A stretch of 64,000 nucleotides of DNA from contig NC_043008.1 in the NCBI RefSeq assembly GCF_006345805.1, positions 53,568,001 through 53,632,000 on the forward strand. The letters are read 5' to 3'. This document shows, piece after piece, positions 1 to 12,458 of the stretch. Each line of letters begins with the position of its first letter. The stretch's first letter is position 1. The position numbers and the translations under genes are program-made. The stretch comes from Octopus sinensis (taxonomy: Eukaryota). Under the pieces are notes generated by a model, which ran no database searches, was not told the DNA's origin, and saw only the letters and a list, made by a program, of their open reading frames with translations.

Positions 1-210
<210 letters not shown>

Positions 211-294
211 CATGTACAGTGTATCCTCCAAAATGTGTATACACATTTAGATAGTTGATAACTAATTTCTTATTAGGTTTAACCCATTAGAAAC

Positions 295-500
295 AATCTT
301 TCTACTATAGGCACAAGGTCAAAAATTGGGGAAGGGACAGTCGACTGCATCGGCCCCTGTGCGAAACTGGTATTTATTTCATCGATTCCGAAAGGGTGAA
401 AAGCAAAGTCGACCTCGGCGGAATTTGAAATCAGAAGATGAACGAAATACTGCAGAGCATTTTCCCCGGCGAGCTTACGATTTAGCCAGCTCGCCGCCTT
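295..500 (-). mobile_element. tRNA-derived SINE family B
   Basis: Reverse complement begins GGCGGCGAGCTGGC and contains TTCAAATTCCGCCGAGGTCGACTTTGCTTTTCA, homologous to 25050-25278. Confidence 0.85.
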
Positions 501-1036
501 TAAGAAACTTCTATATTATAATGGAGAAAGTTTCTTATTAATTAGATATGTAGCGATCACTAAAAAAAAAAGCAATTACTGAAGATTCCCACTCATATCA
601 CTTATTTCCTTTCCGTCGTCATCTAAGAATTATCAAATGAATTTGTTGCTATGGCTATTGGATACGTTATAGCTATTAAAATATCTCTATGTGATCGCTG
701 CTACTTTTTCTACACCAAACGTAATTGGACTACCTTTATGTTTGTTTTAAAAAAGAGAGATTATGACTGTGATAAAATAATGAATGCAATATTTACTAAG
801 CAAATGAACACTGTTATACAAAGAAATAATCGAGAATATAATGTGCTGCCTCACAAAGTTTGATCAAAGCGACGAGAATATTTTGATAAATTAAATTCAA
901 ATGTTGAAGTGAATCTAACAGTTTTGGTGTGTTTCTTAAATGACTTATAAACACCTTCCATGCTGAAATTACATTCATAATGTTCTTGTTATCATTTAAC
1001 ACTTCTAAATTTGTATTTTACAAAAGTTTTCAACAA

Positions 1037-1212
1037 GGCGTAGGAGTGGCTGTGTGGTACGTAGCTTGCTTACCAACCACATGGTTCCGGATTCAGTCCC
1101 ACTGCGTGGCACCTTGGAGTAGTGTCTTCTGCTATAGCCGCGGGTCAAACAAAGCCTTGTGATTGGATTTGGTAGACGGAAACTGAAATAAGCATGTCGT
1201 ATATATGTATGT

Positions 1213-1296
<84 letters not shown>

Positions 1297-1645
1297 AATA
1301 CTGTCATATTTATACACACACATATATATATATATATTATATATATATATATATATTATATATATATATATGTGTGTGTGTGCGTGTGTGTGTGCGTGTG
1401 TGTGTGTGTGTGTGTATGTTTGTGTGTCTGTGTTTGTCACCCCCAACATCGCTTCACAACCGATGCTGGTGTGTTTACGTCCCCGTCACTTAGCGGTTCG
1501 GCAAAAGAGACCGATAGAATCAGTACTAGGCTTACAAAGAATAAGTCCTGGGGTGGGGGCGATTTGCTCGACTAAAGGCGCTGCTCCAGCATGACCGCAG
1601 TCAAATGACTGAAACAAGTAAAAGAGTAAAAAGAGTAAAAAAGAG
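1037..1645 (+). mobile_element. tRNA-derived SINE family A, full length, with internal (TA)n/(TG)n
   Basis: Head GGCGTAGGAGTGGCTGTGTGGT...TTCAGTCCC, internal microsatellite about 1200-1425, tail GACTGAAACAAGTAAAAGAG repeats; more than 10 homologues in the window. Confidence 0.92.
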
Positions 1646-2179
1646 AATTATTGTAAAGCAATGTCAACGTTAAGGATAAAATTAAATGGAATCAGGTGTG
1701 TATATTTAGCAAACTTTATGCAGGTAAGATAGAAAACTCTGATAGAAGACTTTCAAACAGTCATAAGGCATTACATCTGGCGTTACTTGTTTGTCCTCTT
1801 GAATTTTTCTAATTAAAAAAACCTACTGATAATTGCAAATATTCTTACTGTTTTGAGGAATGTTTAGGAAAGGTCATTCTTGTTTATAGTATCTTTGAAA
1901 TGTTTTTAAAATAACTTGGATATTTTCACGTGTTTCCTAATCAAATTCTTTAGAATATGTTGTTTCTTCTTGTTATTGTTTTGCTGAAAGTTTTGAGAAC
2001 ATAATGGCATACACACTTTGAGAGAAAAAAATGAAGAAATAAAAGAGAAATCTCATTAAATACTATTGTATATCAGCACCATTATACATACATACATGTA
2101 TATATATATATATAAATATATATATATACACGTACATATATATATATGTGTATATATATATATACATATATATACGTAC

Positions 2180-2294
<115 letters not shown>

Positions 2295-2296
2295 GC

Positions 2297-2382
<86 letters not shown>

Positions 2383-2386
2383 GCAT

Positions 2387-3520
2387 ATGATCCGGTTCTT
2401 GACTGAAGGCTGAGGGTTTCGAGTGTCCTGTCCGTGTTATTGTGTCGTCTTCTAGAGTTATACGTTCTTGTCCATGTTGTATTTTTCTACATACCTTAAC
2501 ATATATTCCAGGCGCCCCGTACCCCCCTTATCATAATGTGAGCACATATTCTTAATAATTGGTACGACTCTCTGTTTGTCTTTCTCTCTCTCTCATTTTT
2601 ACTTGATCTGTCCCCCTCTCTCTCTTTTCTCTCTACTCATCCTCTCTTTCTCTTCTCTTTCCTCTGATTCTTTGGTCTAGTCTTCCACTACCCTCCTATT
2701 TCTTTGTCTCGCTCTGCACTCACAGGTCATTCTTCGACACCCATCCCTTCTCCTCTCTGATTCCTTCTTTCTCTCTCTCTCTCTTTTTACTTGATCTGTC
2801 CCCCTCTCTCTCTTTTCTCTCTACTCATCATCTCTTTCTCTTCTCTTTCCTCTGATTCTTCCACTACCCTCCTATTCTTTGTCTCGCTCTGCACTCACAG
2901 GTCATTCTTCGACACCCATCCCTTCTCCTCTCTGATTCCTTCTTTCTCTCTCTTCTCTCTCTTTGTTGCGTTTGTCCCTCCTCTCTCTCTCTCTTCCTTT
3001 GCTTCTCTTTCTTTTCTTTTCCCTCTTCTCTGTCACGTGACTGTTGGCCGAAATCTGCCTTTCAGCTCCTGACCCTCGTCGTGTTAACATCGTTGTTTTT
3101 CGTCCGCCGCTATAAAGGCTTCTTCCAATGCGCCAGAGAAAAAATTTGTTTGCTTGTTATCAGTCGTAAGACACTTGTTGTTTTCACCGTTAATGCTTCT
3201 GTATTTCATGTTTCTGTATTCCATTATTGTTTTTTGTTTTTTTTTATATCTGTCCCTTTTGCTGTCCTGGTGTTCGTATGCATTCGATCCTTCTTCCAGG
3301 AAATCTACGCTTCCAGCTTAGTTTTTCTAATGCTCGTTGCTTAGTTTTTCTTGGAGGGCTGGCCGTGATCTAGTAATCTCAAGATTAATCAGCCGAAATT
3401 ACTACGATGATCCGGTTCTTGACTGAAGACTGAGGGTTTCGAGTGTCCTGTCCGTGTTTATTGTGTCGTCTTCTAGAGTTATACGTTCTTGTCCATGTTG
3501 TATTTTTCTACATACCTTAA
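2387..3520 (+). mobile_element. Non-coding Penelope-like/retrozyme-like element with about 113-bp terminal direct repeat
   Basis: 2387-2499 is near-identical to 3407-3520; pyrimidine-rich interior with a roughly 185-bp tandem duplication (about 2590-2950); (TA)n on both flanks; carries a permuted hammerhead. Confidence 0.7.
3361..3433 (+). ncRNA. Candidate non-circularly permuted hammerhead ribozyme
   Basis: Stem III TAGTAAT(3371-77)/ATTACTA(3398-3404), cleavage triplet AUC(3376-78), stem I TCAAGA(3379-84)/TCTTGA(3417-22), CTGAAGA(3423-29), stem II CTGA(3430-33)/TCAG(3389-92) with 2 extra nt before GAAA(3395-98). Confidence 0.65.
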
Positions 3521-3537
3521 TATATATATATTATATA

Positions 3538-3580
<43 letters not shown>

Positions 3581-3618
3581 ATATATACATATATATACAT
3601 GTATATACATGTACATAT

Positions 3619-4403
3619 CGAAATCAATACGGGACCTGGGGATAGACATGAGTGACGATGCATCTTTTTCTTCACACATCGCGAAGGTGGCGACAATGTG
3701 CAGACGACTCACTGGCTGGATCCTGAGGACATTCCGGACAAGAGACTGCGAGACCATGTTGACACTATGGAGGACATTTGTCCTAAGCCGCCTGGACTAC
3801 TGCTCCCAACTGTGGTCACCGCATAGTGTCAAACTAACCACAGAGCTCGAGACAATCCAAAGACATTTCACCAAGAGGATTTCCACCATGAAAGAAAAGA
3901 ACTATTGGGAGAGGCTTAGGGAACTCAATTTGTACTCCTTGGAACGAAGACGAGAGAGGTATGCAGTGATATACATATGGAAAATCCTGGAGGGACTAGC
4001 ACCAAATTTTGGAATTGAGAGCTGTTCCAATCCCCGTACAGGACGTCACTGTGTGATGCCAAAGGTCCCGTCTTCCACATCCAGGGTAAGGAGCAGATAC
4101 TGTAATAGCCTGGGGTTCAGGGGCCCTCAGCTTTTCAACAGACTGCCAAGAAAACTAAGAGATCTACATGATGCGGATGTTGACATTTTCAAAAAACATC
4201 TAGACAAGCTGCTTTCCGGGATCCCAGATGAACCCACTGCAAGGTACGAAGGTAACCTAAGGGCAGCAGCTACAAACTCTCTCTTAGATCAGTGGCCAGC
4301 CACGGCAAACTGGACTTAGAGAGGGTAGCAACAAGGGCGGTGCCCCAGCATGGCCTCAGCCGGATGGCTGAAACAAGTAAAAGAGTAAAAGAGTAAAAGA
4401 GTA
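3619..4403 (+). mobile_element. 5'-truncated CR1-group LINE (C-terminal ORF2 plus 3' UTR and tail)
   Basis: Open frame to stop at 4319 with RDLGI..., VLSRLDYCSQLWSP, LETIQRHFTK, YWERLRELNLYSLERRRER, FNRLP, FKKHLD, typical of the post-RT region of CR1/L2-group ORF2; ends in a stem-loop and (GTAAAAGA)n. The ORF track's N-terminal YIYI part is microsatellite read-through. Confidence 0.92.
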
Positions 4404-4631
4404 TATACGTACATATATATAATATATGTCTGTGTTCATAAGTTAAAAGTGCAACATTTCAAACAGTTTGTTTTTACTGTTGTTCATACATTATTTTTCC
4501 TTGTATGAGTTGCTGCTGTTTATAACATAATAGCGATATTACAGAGATTATTGGCTCAGTTTCTTCTCAAAATCGCGAGGCATTCTACATTACACTGTTT
4601 AAACGAATCAACGAAGCATCTCTTTTAACTT

Positions 4632-5240
4632 GGCTACTATGGCAGGGCAGATGGAAGGAAACCTTTATGTATCCAAAGAAGAATTTAGTGGGCAAATGAG
4701 ATGGCAGAAAGAGCCATAGGCTTTAAGGAAACCGCCATATTCTTGGGCGAATCAAGATTTGCCCAGTTTTCTGACAGTGGCTGTGTGTGGGTCTTCAACG
4801 CCTTAAGCTAACCATCTGCCACTAACCATGAAATGAGGCGGGTGGTTCAGTGTTGATGTAGGGAGCTATGTGGAGTGCTGGTAATTCAGACCTTGTGGAA
4901 TATATTGGCAACATAGACTCAGAAAAATACATCCCTTTCCTTCGGAAAGGACTTTCAAATTTCTCCAGGGGTCAGGACAATTGGCTGCCTGGAGCCAGAA
5001 ACAGAAGAGTTTTTTGGCGAAGGTAGTTGGCTGTTATGAAATCCTTTAAACACATTCGAGTTGTTCTTGTCATAGTAGCGAAAAACCATGGATATCTATG
5101 TCAAATGTAGATTTGTTCAAATATTTGGGCGCAGCCTTGACAGAAATTCCTCATGCAATTTCTGAATTCACTAATATAGATTCTAAAGGGGTTTAATAAT
5201 AAAAACTGCGCAAGACAAGTCGGTAAAATACTAAATTATG
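4632..5240 (+). pseudogene. Decayed Tc1-family DDE transposase
   Basis: Translates GYYGRADGRKPL...R*WA...IFLGESRFAQFSDSGCVWV and, after a frameshift, GGSVLM*GAMWSAG...GNIDSEKY, matching the Tc1 RKP / FSDESRF / GGGSVMVWG / MNSEKY motifs. 3' extent approximate. Confidence 0.85.
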
Positions 5241-5694
5241 TATGTAAATGCATCAAATTAACATTATTTTGGTTCTGAAAATAGTGTTTGAAACATGATG
5301 CCTAAAGATGCGTAGAACAAAAGCAAAGGAGGGATAATTGTAAAGTGAAACGGGTAGAGAGAAAAAGCAACAGAAAGGTAAGATGATAAGAGAAGAAAGA
5401 CAGAAAGATGAGAGATGAAAAGAGAGAAAAACAGCTACATAACATGACAGAGAGAGAGTGAGAGAGAGCAAGAAAAAGAGATAAAGAGAGAGAGAGAGCA
5501 AGAAACAGAGAGAGAGAGAGCAAGAAATAGAGAGTGAGAAGTCACTCCAGATATCACCCGCTGCATAGAGTGCCGCTAAAAGTGGGGACAAAACAGGTAC
5601 TAATAAACCGTTTGGTATTACTGTGGGAAAAAAAGAATGCTCAATACTATGACAGTGATTAATGATATTTTATTTTTGTCGAATCAACAATCTC

Positions 5695-5732
5695 TTGCTA
5701 CTCTGAGTTTCACCATAAAGTACTCCAGGCAA
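5695..5732 (-). ncRNA. Decayed type I hammerhead-like motif
   Basis: Minus strand UUGC-CUGGAGU-ACUUUAUGGU-GAAAC-UCAGA-GUA-GCAA; stem I intact, two core substitutions. Confidence 0.45.
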
Positions 5733-7084
5733 ATTATGATTGGATAATTGGTGTGGTTAGTACGTTTGTATATATTTTTTCTAGTAATCTATTTATTTTC
5801 CCGATTTCTTTACCCTAAGCTTAAATTATTTACTGGACTTCTATTTCACCTAATTTTCCGTTCATATTTAAGGTCTTATTTCTTTTGTCTTCAGTTCCTG
5901 TTTTTACTGTTTTTACCTGTTTTTTTTTGCGTTTTTTCCCCTATGTATTTCATAATTTAAACGGCTTTTATCATCCCTTTCAACATCCTTACATTTTCAT
6001 GTACCCCATTATTTTTCCATAATCTTTTACAGCTACATTTTTCTAACCATTTTTCCGAATCATTTTTCCTATTATCTTTTTCAACATTTTCCTTAGAATG
6101 TCATTTTTATCTCCACCGATATTCTTAATTTCTTTTCCCTTTTTCTCCATCTTTTTCCCATTTTGTCTCCATTCTTATTCTATACATTTTATTCTACTTT
6201 ATTCCATTCGAACTTGTGATCATTCTTCTAAACCAATATCTCAGTTGGGTTTTCTATTCGTTTTAATTACTATGTTTTTCAGTGACCTCCAATACTTTAT
6301 TCACCCCACCCTGCATCTTCATTCGCCCCTAAAATGTAATATATTATTTTTATATTTTGTTTACTCCTTTGCCATTTTGTCCATCCCTGTCGTTTTAACT
6401 CTCATGCTATTTTTCATTCATTCCAGCTAAGAGTTCATTATCTCCTTTTCCAAACTCTATGCCTCCAACACCTGTTCCCTCTTTCTCAATTACTTTCTTT
6501 CCCTTTTCATTTCTCTCTCAACCCTTTTCTCTTTTCTACTTTTCTTTTTTATTTTTTATCCTTTTCTTTCTTTCACACTCCTTTCTCTTTTTTCCCCTCT
6601 TTTCCTTTTCCTGATTTCTTCCTTTTTCTCGGCTTTAATTTTCTTTAGATTTTTTTTTCTTCTACTCTCCTTCCATCACAACTTCTCCCTACCTCTTCCT
6701 TCCTTCCCGCTTGCTTTCCTCCTATTTCCTGTCCTTTATCATACTTTCTCCCCACCATCACACCATATGGCTAGAAAACTCTATATGTAAATGTGGAAAC
6801 CTCATCAATTTTCCAGTCACACCTTGCTTGAACATCCCCTGCAATTACAGGTGAAACTCAAAACAAAAAAGATACTGACTTCATCAAGAAGTCAAAAATT
6901 TTGCAATATTTTTGTAACTTAGTTGCTTCATTCGTCAACTACAACAAAAGCAGCCTACCATTTAAACTAGACGTCACCATGTGAAACTGTCTCAAGCCAC
7001 CATTCTGTTAGTTCTTTGTTCCCTCACTGATACCAGTCCTGGTCCTTCGAGACTAAGGACTCATTCACAGAAGCTTCCGCCTTA

Positions 7085-7566
7085 TCTTGGTTGATGAAGT
7101 GTCACGAGCTCATAAAGTGAACCATAGACCGGAACAGTTAATAATCCTAGGGACATATTTTTTTCTGTAATTCCAACGTGCATAAGCAGTGATTGAGCAA
7201 GTGGCAGCTTCCGGAATCTATCGCCCAACATGGGTGTTTCGTACCCAATATGATACTTTGCATCTGGTGGAATATGAGGGCGTAATACAGTAGGAGCTCA
7301 ATGCAGAAGGCCGAAACACTCGCGCTATTCCTTTACGCTGAACAGTTGGAGTGGATGTATACCTTCCTGCCACAAAATACCCGCCACTGGTTAACAGAAA
7401 TCGAGCGCTTCTGCTGCAAGAACTCATACGACTCAAACGGCCCGGAAGAGGCTACTGAAATTCGAGGGAATTGAATTGATGTCACATACAAAATATAGCC
7501 GGACCAAGCTCCTTTATTCCGGTCCATGGCTCACTTCCTGTGCCTGAGACGCTTCATCAACCAAGA
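7085..7566. mobile_element. MITE-like element with 50-bp terminal inverted repeats
   Basis: 7085-7134 versus reverse complement of 7517-7566: 41/50 identical by manual count; no transposase inside. Confidence 0.65.
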
Positions 7567-7589
7567 GTGAAGGAGTTCATATTCGGTAA

Positions 7590-7920
7590 AAATCGCTTAT
7601 TGACGTGTTTTGTTCCATTTTTTCCCTGACAAGATGACTGCATTGTTTTACATCATTTTTATTCCCTCCCGAACAATCTCAATGCTTTTTTCGAAACGTA
7701 TGTTGGAAGTATAAATGATTTGAATAACAGCTGCATTCGACTTCATTTCTTGATTTATCCATGTTATACAAAAACAATTCACTTAACACTGGAATTTCTA
7801 CCTTTATAAGTAGGCTGTAATATCTTTGGTATTTATTGGAATTTTTGCTACCCTGATAACTATTTATTTACTTTTTTCCTTGTTATTGTACACATTGAAA
7901 AGTATCCATACATTTATATA
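7590..7920 (+). mobile_element. Penelope-like 3' terminal repeat with decayed hammerhead
   Basis: Homologous to the reverse complement of 13690-13990; HHR at 7621-7709 with core CUGACAA (G8 lost) and GAAACGUAUGUU; 3' end runs into (TA)/(CATA)n. Confidence 0.7.
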
Positions 7921-7940
7921 CATACATACATACATACATG

Positions 7941-7991
<51 letters not shown>

Positions 7992-8049
7992 TTTAATTTA
8001 TGTATGTATATATGGATGGATGGATGTATTATGTATGTATGTATATATG

Positions 8050-8160
8050 TCATTATTCAGTTTATTTCAAAAGTTTTTGCCAATAGAGAAAGAACCGGTT
8101 TCTAACCTAGATCCAAGGTTCCTTCATTGGAATTTCAACATCAACAACAGGGTATTTTTG
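8050..8160 (-). mobile_element. Short repeat with hammerhead-like half core, embedded in (TATG)n
   Basis: Minus strand CCAAUGAAGG-AACCU...AGGUU-A-GAAACCGGUU; 5' core deviates from CUGANGA. Confidence 0.35.
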
Positions 8161-8782
8161 CTTGTATGTATGTATGTATGTATGTATGTATGTATGTATG
8201 TATGTATGTATGTTTGTATGTATGTATGTATGTATGTATGTTTGAATGCATGTACATGAATGCATAGGGTGTGTGTTTACGGACGCTTGGTTGGCCATTC
8301 ATGCAGGTGATCTGATGTAGAACAGCTCTTTTCAACCTTTACTACTCATCGTTATTCTCCTGTTACCGAAATTCTGCCAACACACCCCTCCTCCACTCCC
8401 CGCATGGCGGGCGATCGAAACAAAATCAAATACATTCACTATTTCCCAATCTGATTTCAAAAGCAAAGTACACCAATACACTGAAGGTTTGCTGTTCAAC
8501 GGTTTAACTACAAACTTGATTTCTCCAGGCACCATCCCCATTCCCCATACAGTCTCATCGACGACGCCACAAAGATTAAAAAAAAAGGCGGGGGGGGGGT
8601 CTTACTTCCACGAAGCTACAAGGCACAAAAGAAAAATATATATCTCTCTCTATTTTCTGAGTTTAATACCTTCTTTGGTATTCACGATAGTTTAACATCA
8701 TGCTATTGCAATATTCCGGCTACCTGGAAGTCTAACCTATAACTCGTTCTGTAACCTTTGTTATCCTTATCTTACTTTTCCG

Positions 8783-8918
8783 CCGTCATCATCATCATTA
8801 ACATCATCATCATCATCGTCATCATCCTCATCGTCATCATCATCATCATCATCAACACCACCACCACCACCAGCACCACAAGCATCATCATCATCACCAC
8901 CACCACAACCAACACCAC

Positions 8919-8980
<62 letters not shown>

Positions 8981-9006
8981 ACACCACCAGCACCACCAGC
9001 ACCACC

Positions 9007-9037
<31 letters not shown>

Positions 9038-9648
9038 CCATCACCACCACCATCACCATCATCATCATCATCATCATCATCATCACCTCCACCACCACAA
9101 CCAACACCACCATCATCATCCTCATCGTCATCATCATCATCAACACCACCACCACCACCAGCACCACCACCAGCACCACCAGCACCACCACCACCATCAT
9201 CATCATCATCACCACCAGCACCACCACCACCATCATCATCCTCATCATCATCATCATCATCATATCATCATCATCATCATCATCATTCATCATCATCATC
9301 ACCACCAGCACCACCAGCACCACCACCAGCAACCACCACCACCACCACCATCACCATCATCATCATCACCTCCACCACCACAACCAACACCACCATCATC
9401 ATCATCATCATCATCACCTCCACACCACAACCAACACCACCATCATCATCCTCATCGTCATCATCATCATCAACACCACCACCACCACCAGCACCACCAC
9501 CAGCACCACCAGCACCACCACCACCATCATCATCATCATCACCACCAGCACCACCACCACCACCATCACCATCATCATCATCATCATCATCCTCATCGTC
9601 ATCATCATCATCATCATCATCAACACCACCAGCACCACCAGCACCACC

Positions 9649-9679
<31 letters not shown>

Positions 9680-9784
9680 CCATCACCACCACCATCACCA
9701 TCACCATCATCATCATCATCATCATCACCTCCACCACCACAACCAACACCACCATCATCATCGTCGTCTTCATCATCATCATCA
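8783..9784. repeat. About 1-kb compound (CAT)n/(CAC)n/(CAG) trinucleotide array with higher-order repeats
   Basis: The block ACCACAACCAACACCACCATCATCATC recurs at least five times. Confidence 0.95.
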
Positions 9785-10250
9785 ACCGCGACATATATTT
9801 AGTATTTCGCCATTATGCAACTTTTTCTTGTTGCTATAGTGTTTTTTTTTATATTTTTTAATTATTTTTACCCTTTCTTCTGGTTCTTCCCATACTTTAT
9901 TATTTCCCCCAATTCCTACACATATTGATTCATAAAAATCCATGAATAAACACACAAGTATTACATGTCTGCACATACACACACACAAACACATACGGAC
10001 ACACACGGCTACACACACACTCACACACGTACACACACACAGACATAAGCACACACAAAATTATTTACACACATTACATACATACATATATATATAGATA
10101 CGCACTCATACAAAACAGGGCGCAAATTTTATATAAATATTACTAAAAATACAACTATATATGAATATAAACACAAATTCAAGCGTTCAGAGATATATTG
10201 ATACATCCTTCTTCTTTCTCCCTTTCCTTCTGCTCCTCCTACTACTACTC

Positions 10251-10297
<47 letters not shown>

Positions 10298-11308
10298 CTT
10301 CTACTTCTCCTTTGTCTTTTCTTCCCTTCTTCCTTCTTCGTTCTACTTCATTACTTCGCCTCCTCCATTCTCCCCTTTTTTTTGCTTTCCTTTTTAACTC
10401 CCTCAACACATCTCCTCCCTTCCAATTCCGTTCCATCCACACATCTTCAGCTTCTCAACCTCTCAACCTGCCCACCCTGTTCATTACCATTAATGTACAA
10501 AAACAATAACAACAATAACACAACGAAGATCAGAAACAAAGGTGAGAGAAAACCGCGATAAAAGAGATAAGGCCACCTGTGCAGGCAAGGAGCATCATGG
10601 GTAACTTTTTAATAGGAAATAGATTTAAAGATTTTTCAGGATTGTCGCCATAACTTCACCAATACAGCCATTAATCTCACGTAAAAACTGCCTACCTCCT
10701 TGGCTTCTTGTTCCTATAAATACTTGTTGTCTATTCTCATCTGTATATTTTAGATGTGTTCTTTAATCTCTAAGTATTTTATATTTCCATAGAATGGCTT
10801 GGATTCTGTTAATTTCCTTTTTTGTTTTTATAGGGAGACAATTTTTTGTTGTTTAATTTGACTAACACACATTGAGAGGCACATGGAAATATGTAGTCAT
10901 GCGTACATATACGCATTCGAACGTGAAAATATATGTATATCTATCTATCTATCTATCTACCTATACACATAAGCACACACACACACACATGCACACGCAC
11001 ACCCATGCACACACATATATATATAAAAGTGTGCATATATAAAAGTGTGCATATACAGACATACACAATAACGATTATATTTATAATTACAAATATGCGC
11101 ACGCATATATGTACATACGCACACATACACGCGAACACACATACACACACATGTGTATATATATTATATATATATATATATTATATAATATATATAGTGA
11201 TATATACGCACAACCATACATATATATTCATATATATATACATATGTATGTGCTATGTATGTATATATTATATAATATATATATATATATACATATGTAT
11301 GTGCTATG

Positions 11309-11404
<96 letters not shown>

Positions 11405-11406
11405 TG

Positions 11407-11459
<53 letters not shown>

Positions 11460-11644
11460 TGATGTGTGTGTGAGTGTGTGTTTATATACAAACAGAGACA
11501 AACACAGATAAATATCTGCATATATGTTGATATCCTAGCAATTTAACTTTAGTAATACATTATCCACCCCCATATTACAAGTAGCCACCTTCGGTAACAC
11601 ACGCACACGCATACAGACACAGGCGCACACATTCACCCACCCAT

Positions 11645-11681
<37 letters not shown>

Positions 11682-12159
11682 CACCCTTCTTCACACAAAC
11701 ACACACACACGTGTGTCTGTATATATATATATATAATGCCAAGATAATTTATCTGACGTCTTCCAACCTTTTGTAAGCCTCATTGCGTTATGTAGTCTTT
11801 CACACGTCAATGCAACCGCTAACCTTTGCACTACTTGATGCGTAGGTTAAAGGTTCGCGGGAAAAATTACCTCTCGTTTTACATCATCGCGTATTCCACC
11901 ACACGTTTACACTTAAGAAATTAGATTAATAAGTTAATACTTGTCGTGTGTGAGCTCTACTCTCTTTCTTTCTCATTTCTGGTTGTTTTTTTTTTGTTTT
12001 CGTTTTGTACTTTTATATTTTCTTTTTAAGAATAAGTCTAGTTTGGAATATCACAGCTTTGCTATATACATTTGATAAAGGAATAACCAGGAGTATGAGA
12101 AGCCGTTCTTACGCTCTAACGGCATCTTTGCCATTTCACCAGATGGAACACAGCGAAAG

Positions 12160-12458
12160 TGGGAAACTGGTTAGAGCTTTGCCTATAATAGCTTGTGATA
12201 TTTCTTCTGAGACTTTGCATTCTGAGTTCAAATTCCGCCAATACCATCTTCACATTTTGTTATTGCCAAGATCAATAAATAATCCCTTCTACGGCAGTCA
12301 CAAGGACTGAAATTATGTGGAGCTGTGCCTAAACGGTACTCATTTTATCGATCTCGAAATGATAAAAGGGTGACCTCTGTAGAATTTCAACTCAGAACGT
12401 AGATGCCGCTACCATTTTTGTCTACCGTGCTAACAATTCTGAAAGTTCGCTTTCTTAA
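12160..12458. mobile_element. Two decayed family B SINE fragments, tail to tail
   Basis: TCTGAGTTCAAATTCCGCC on + near 12221; AATTTCAACTCAGAACGT (minus-strand B box) near 12382. Confidence 0.65.

Noticed and set aside
860-1960. Possible decayed Penelope RT-endonuclease linker on the minus strand, split by the SINE at 1037
   Set aside because: Only faint similarity (FISHLRNTPKLLDSL); too degraded to support.
6767-7020. Possible Penelope ORF N-terminus after a pyrimidine tract
   Set aside because: Only a vague NLINF...LNIP resemblance amid stops.
8758-9861. 367-aa Ile/Thr/His-rich ORF and antisense Met/Val ORFs
   Set aside because: Pure trinucleotide repeat, open in several frames, non-ATG start, no domain content.
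10540-10600. GATA-GATA-E-box cluster suggesting an enhancer
   Set aside because: Short motifs expected by chance; no conservation data available.
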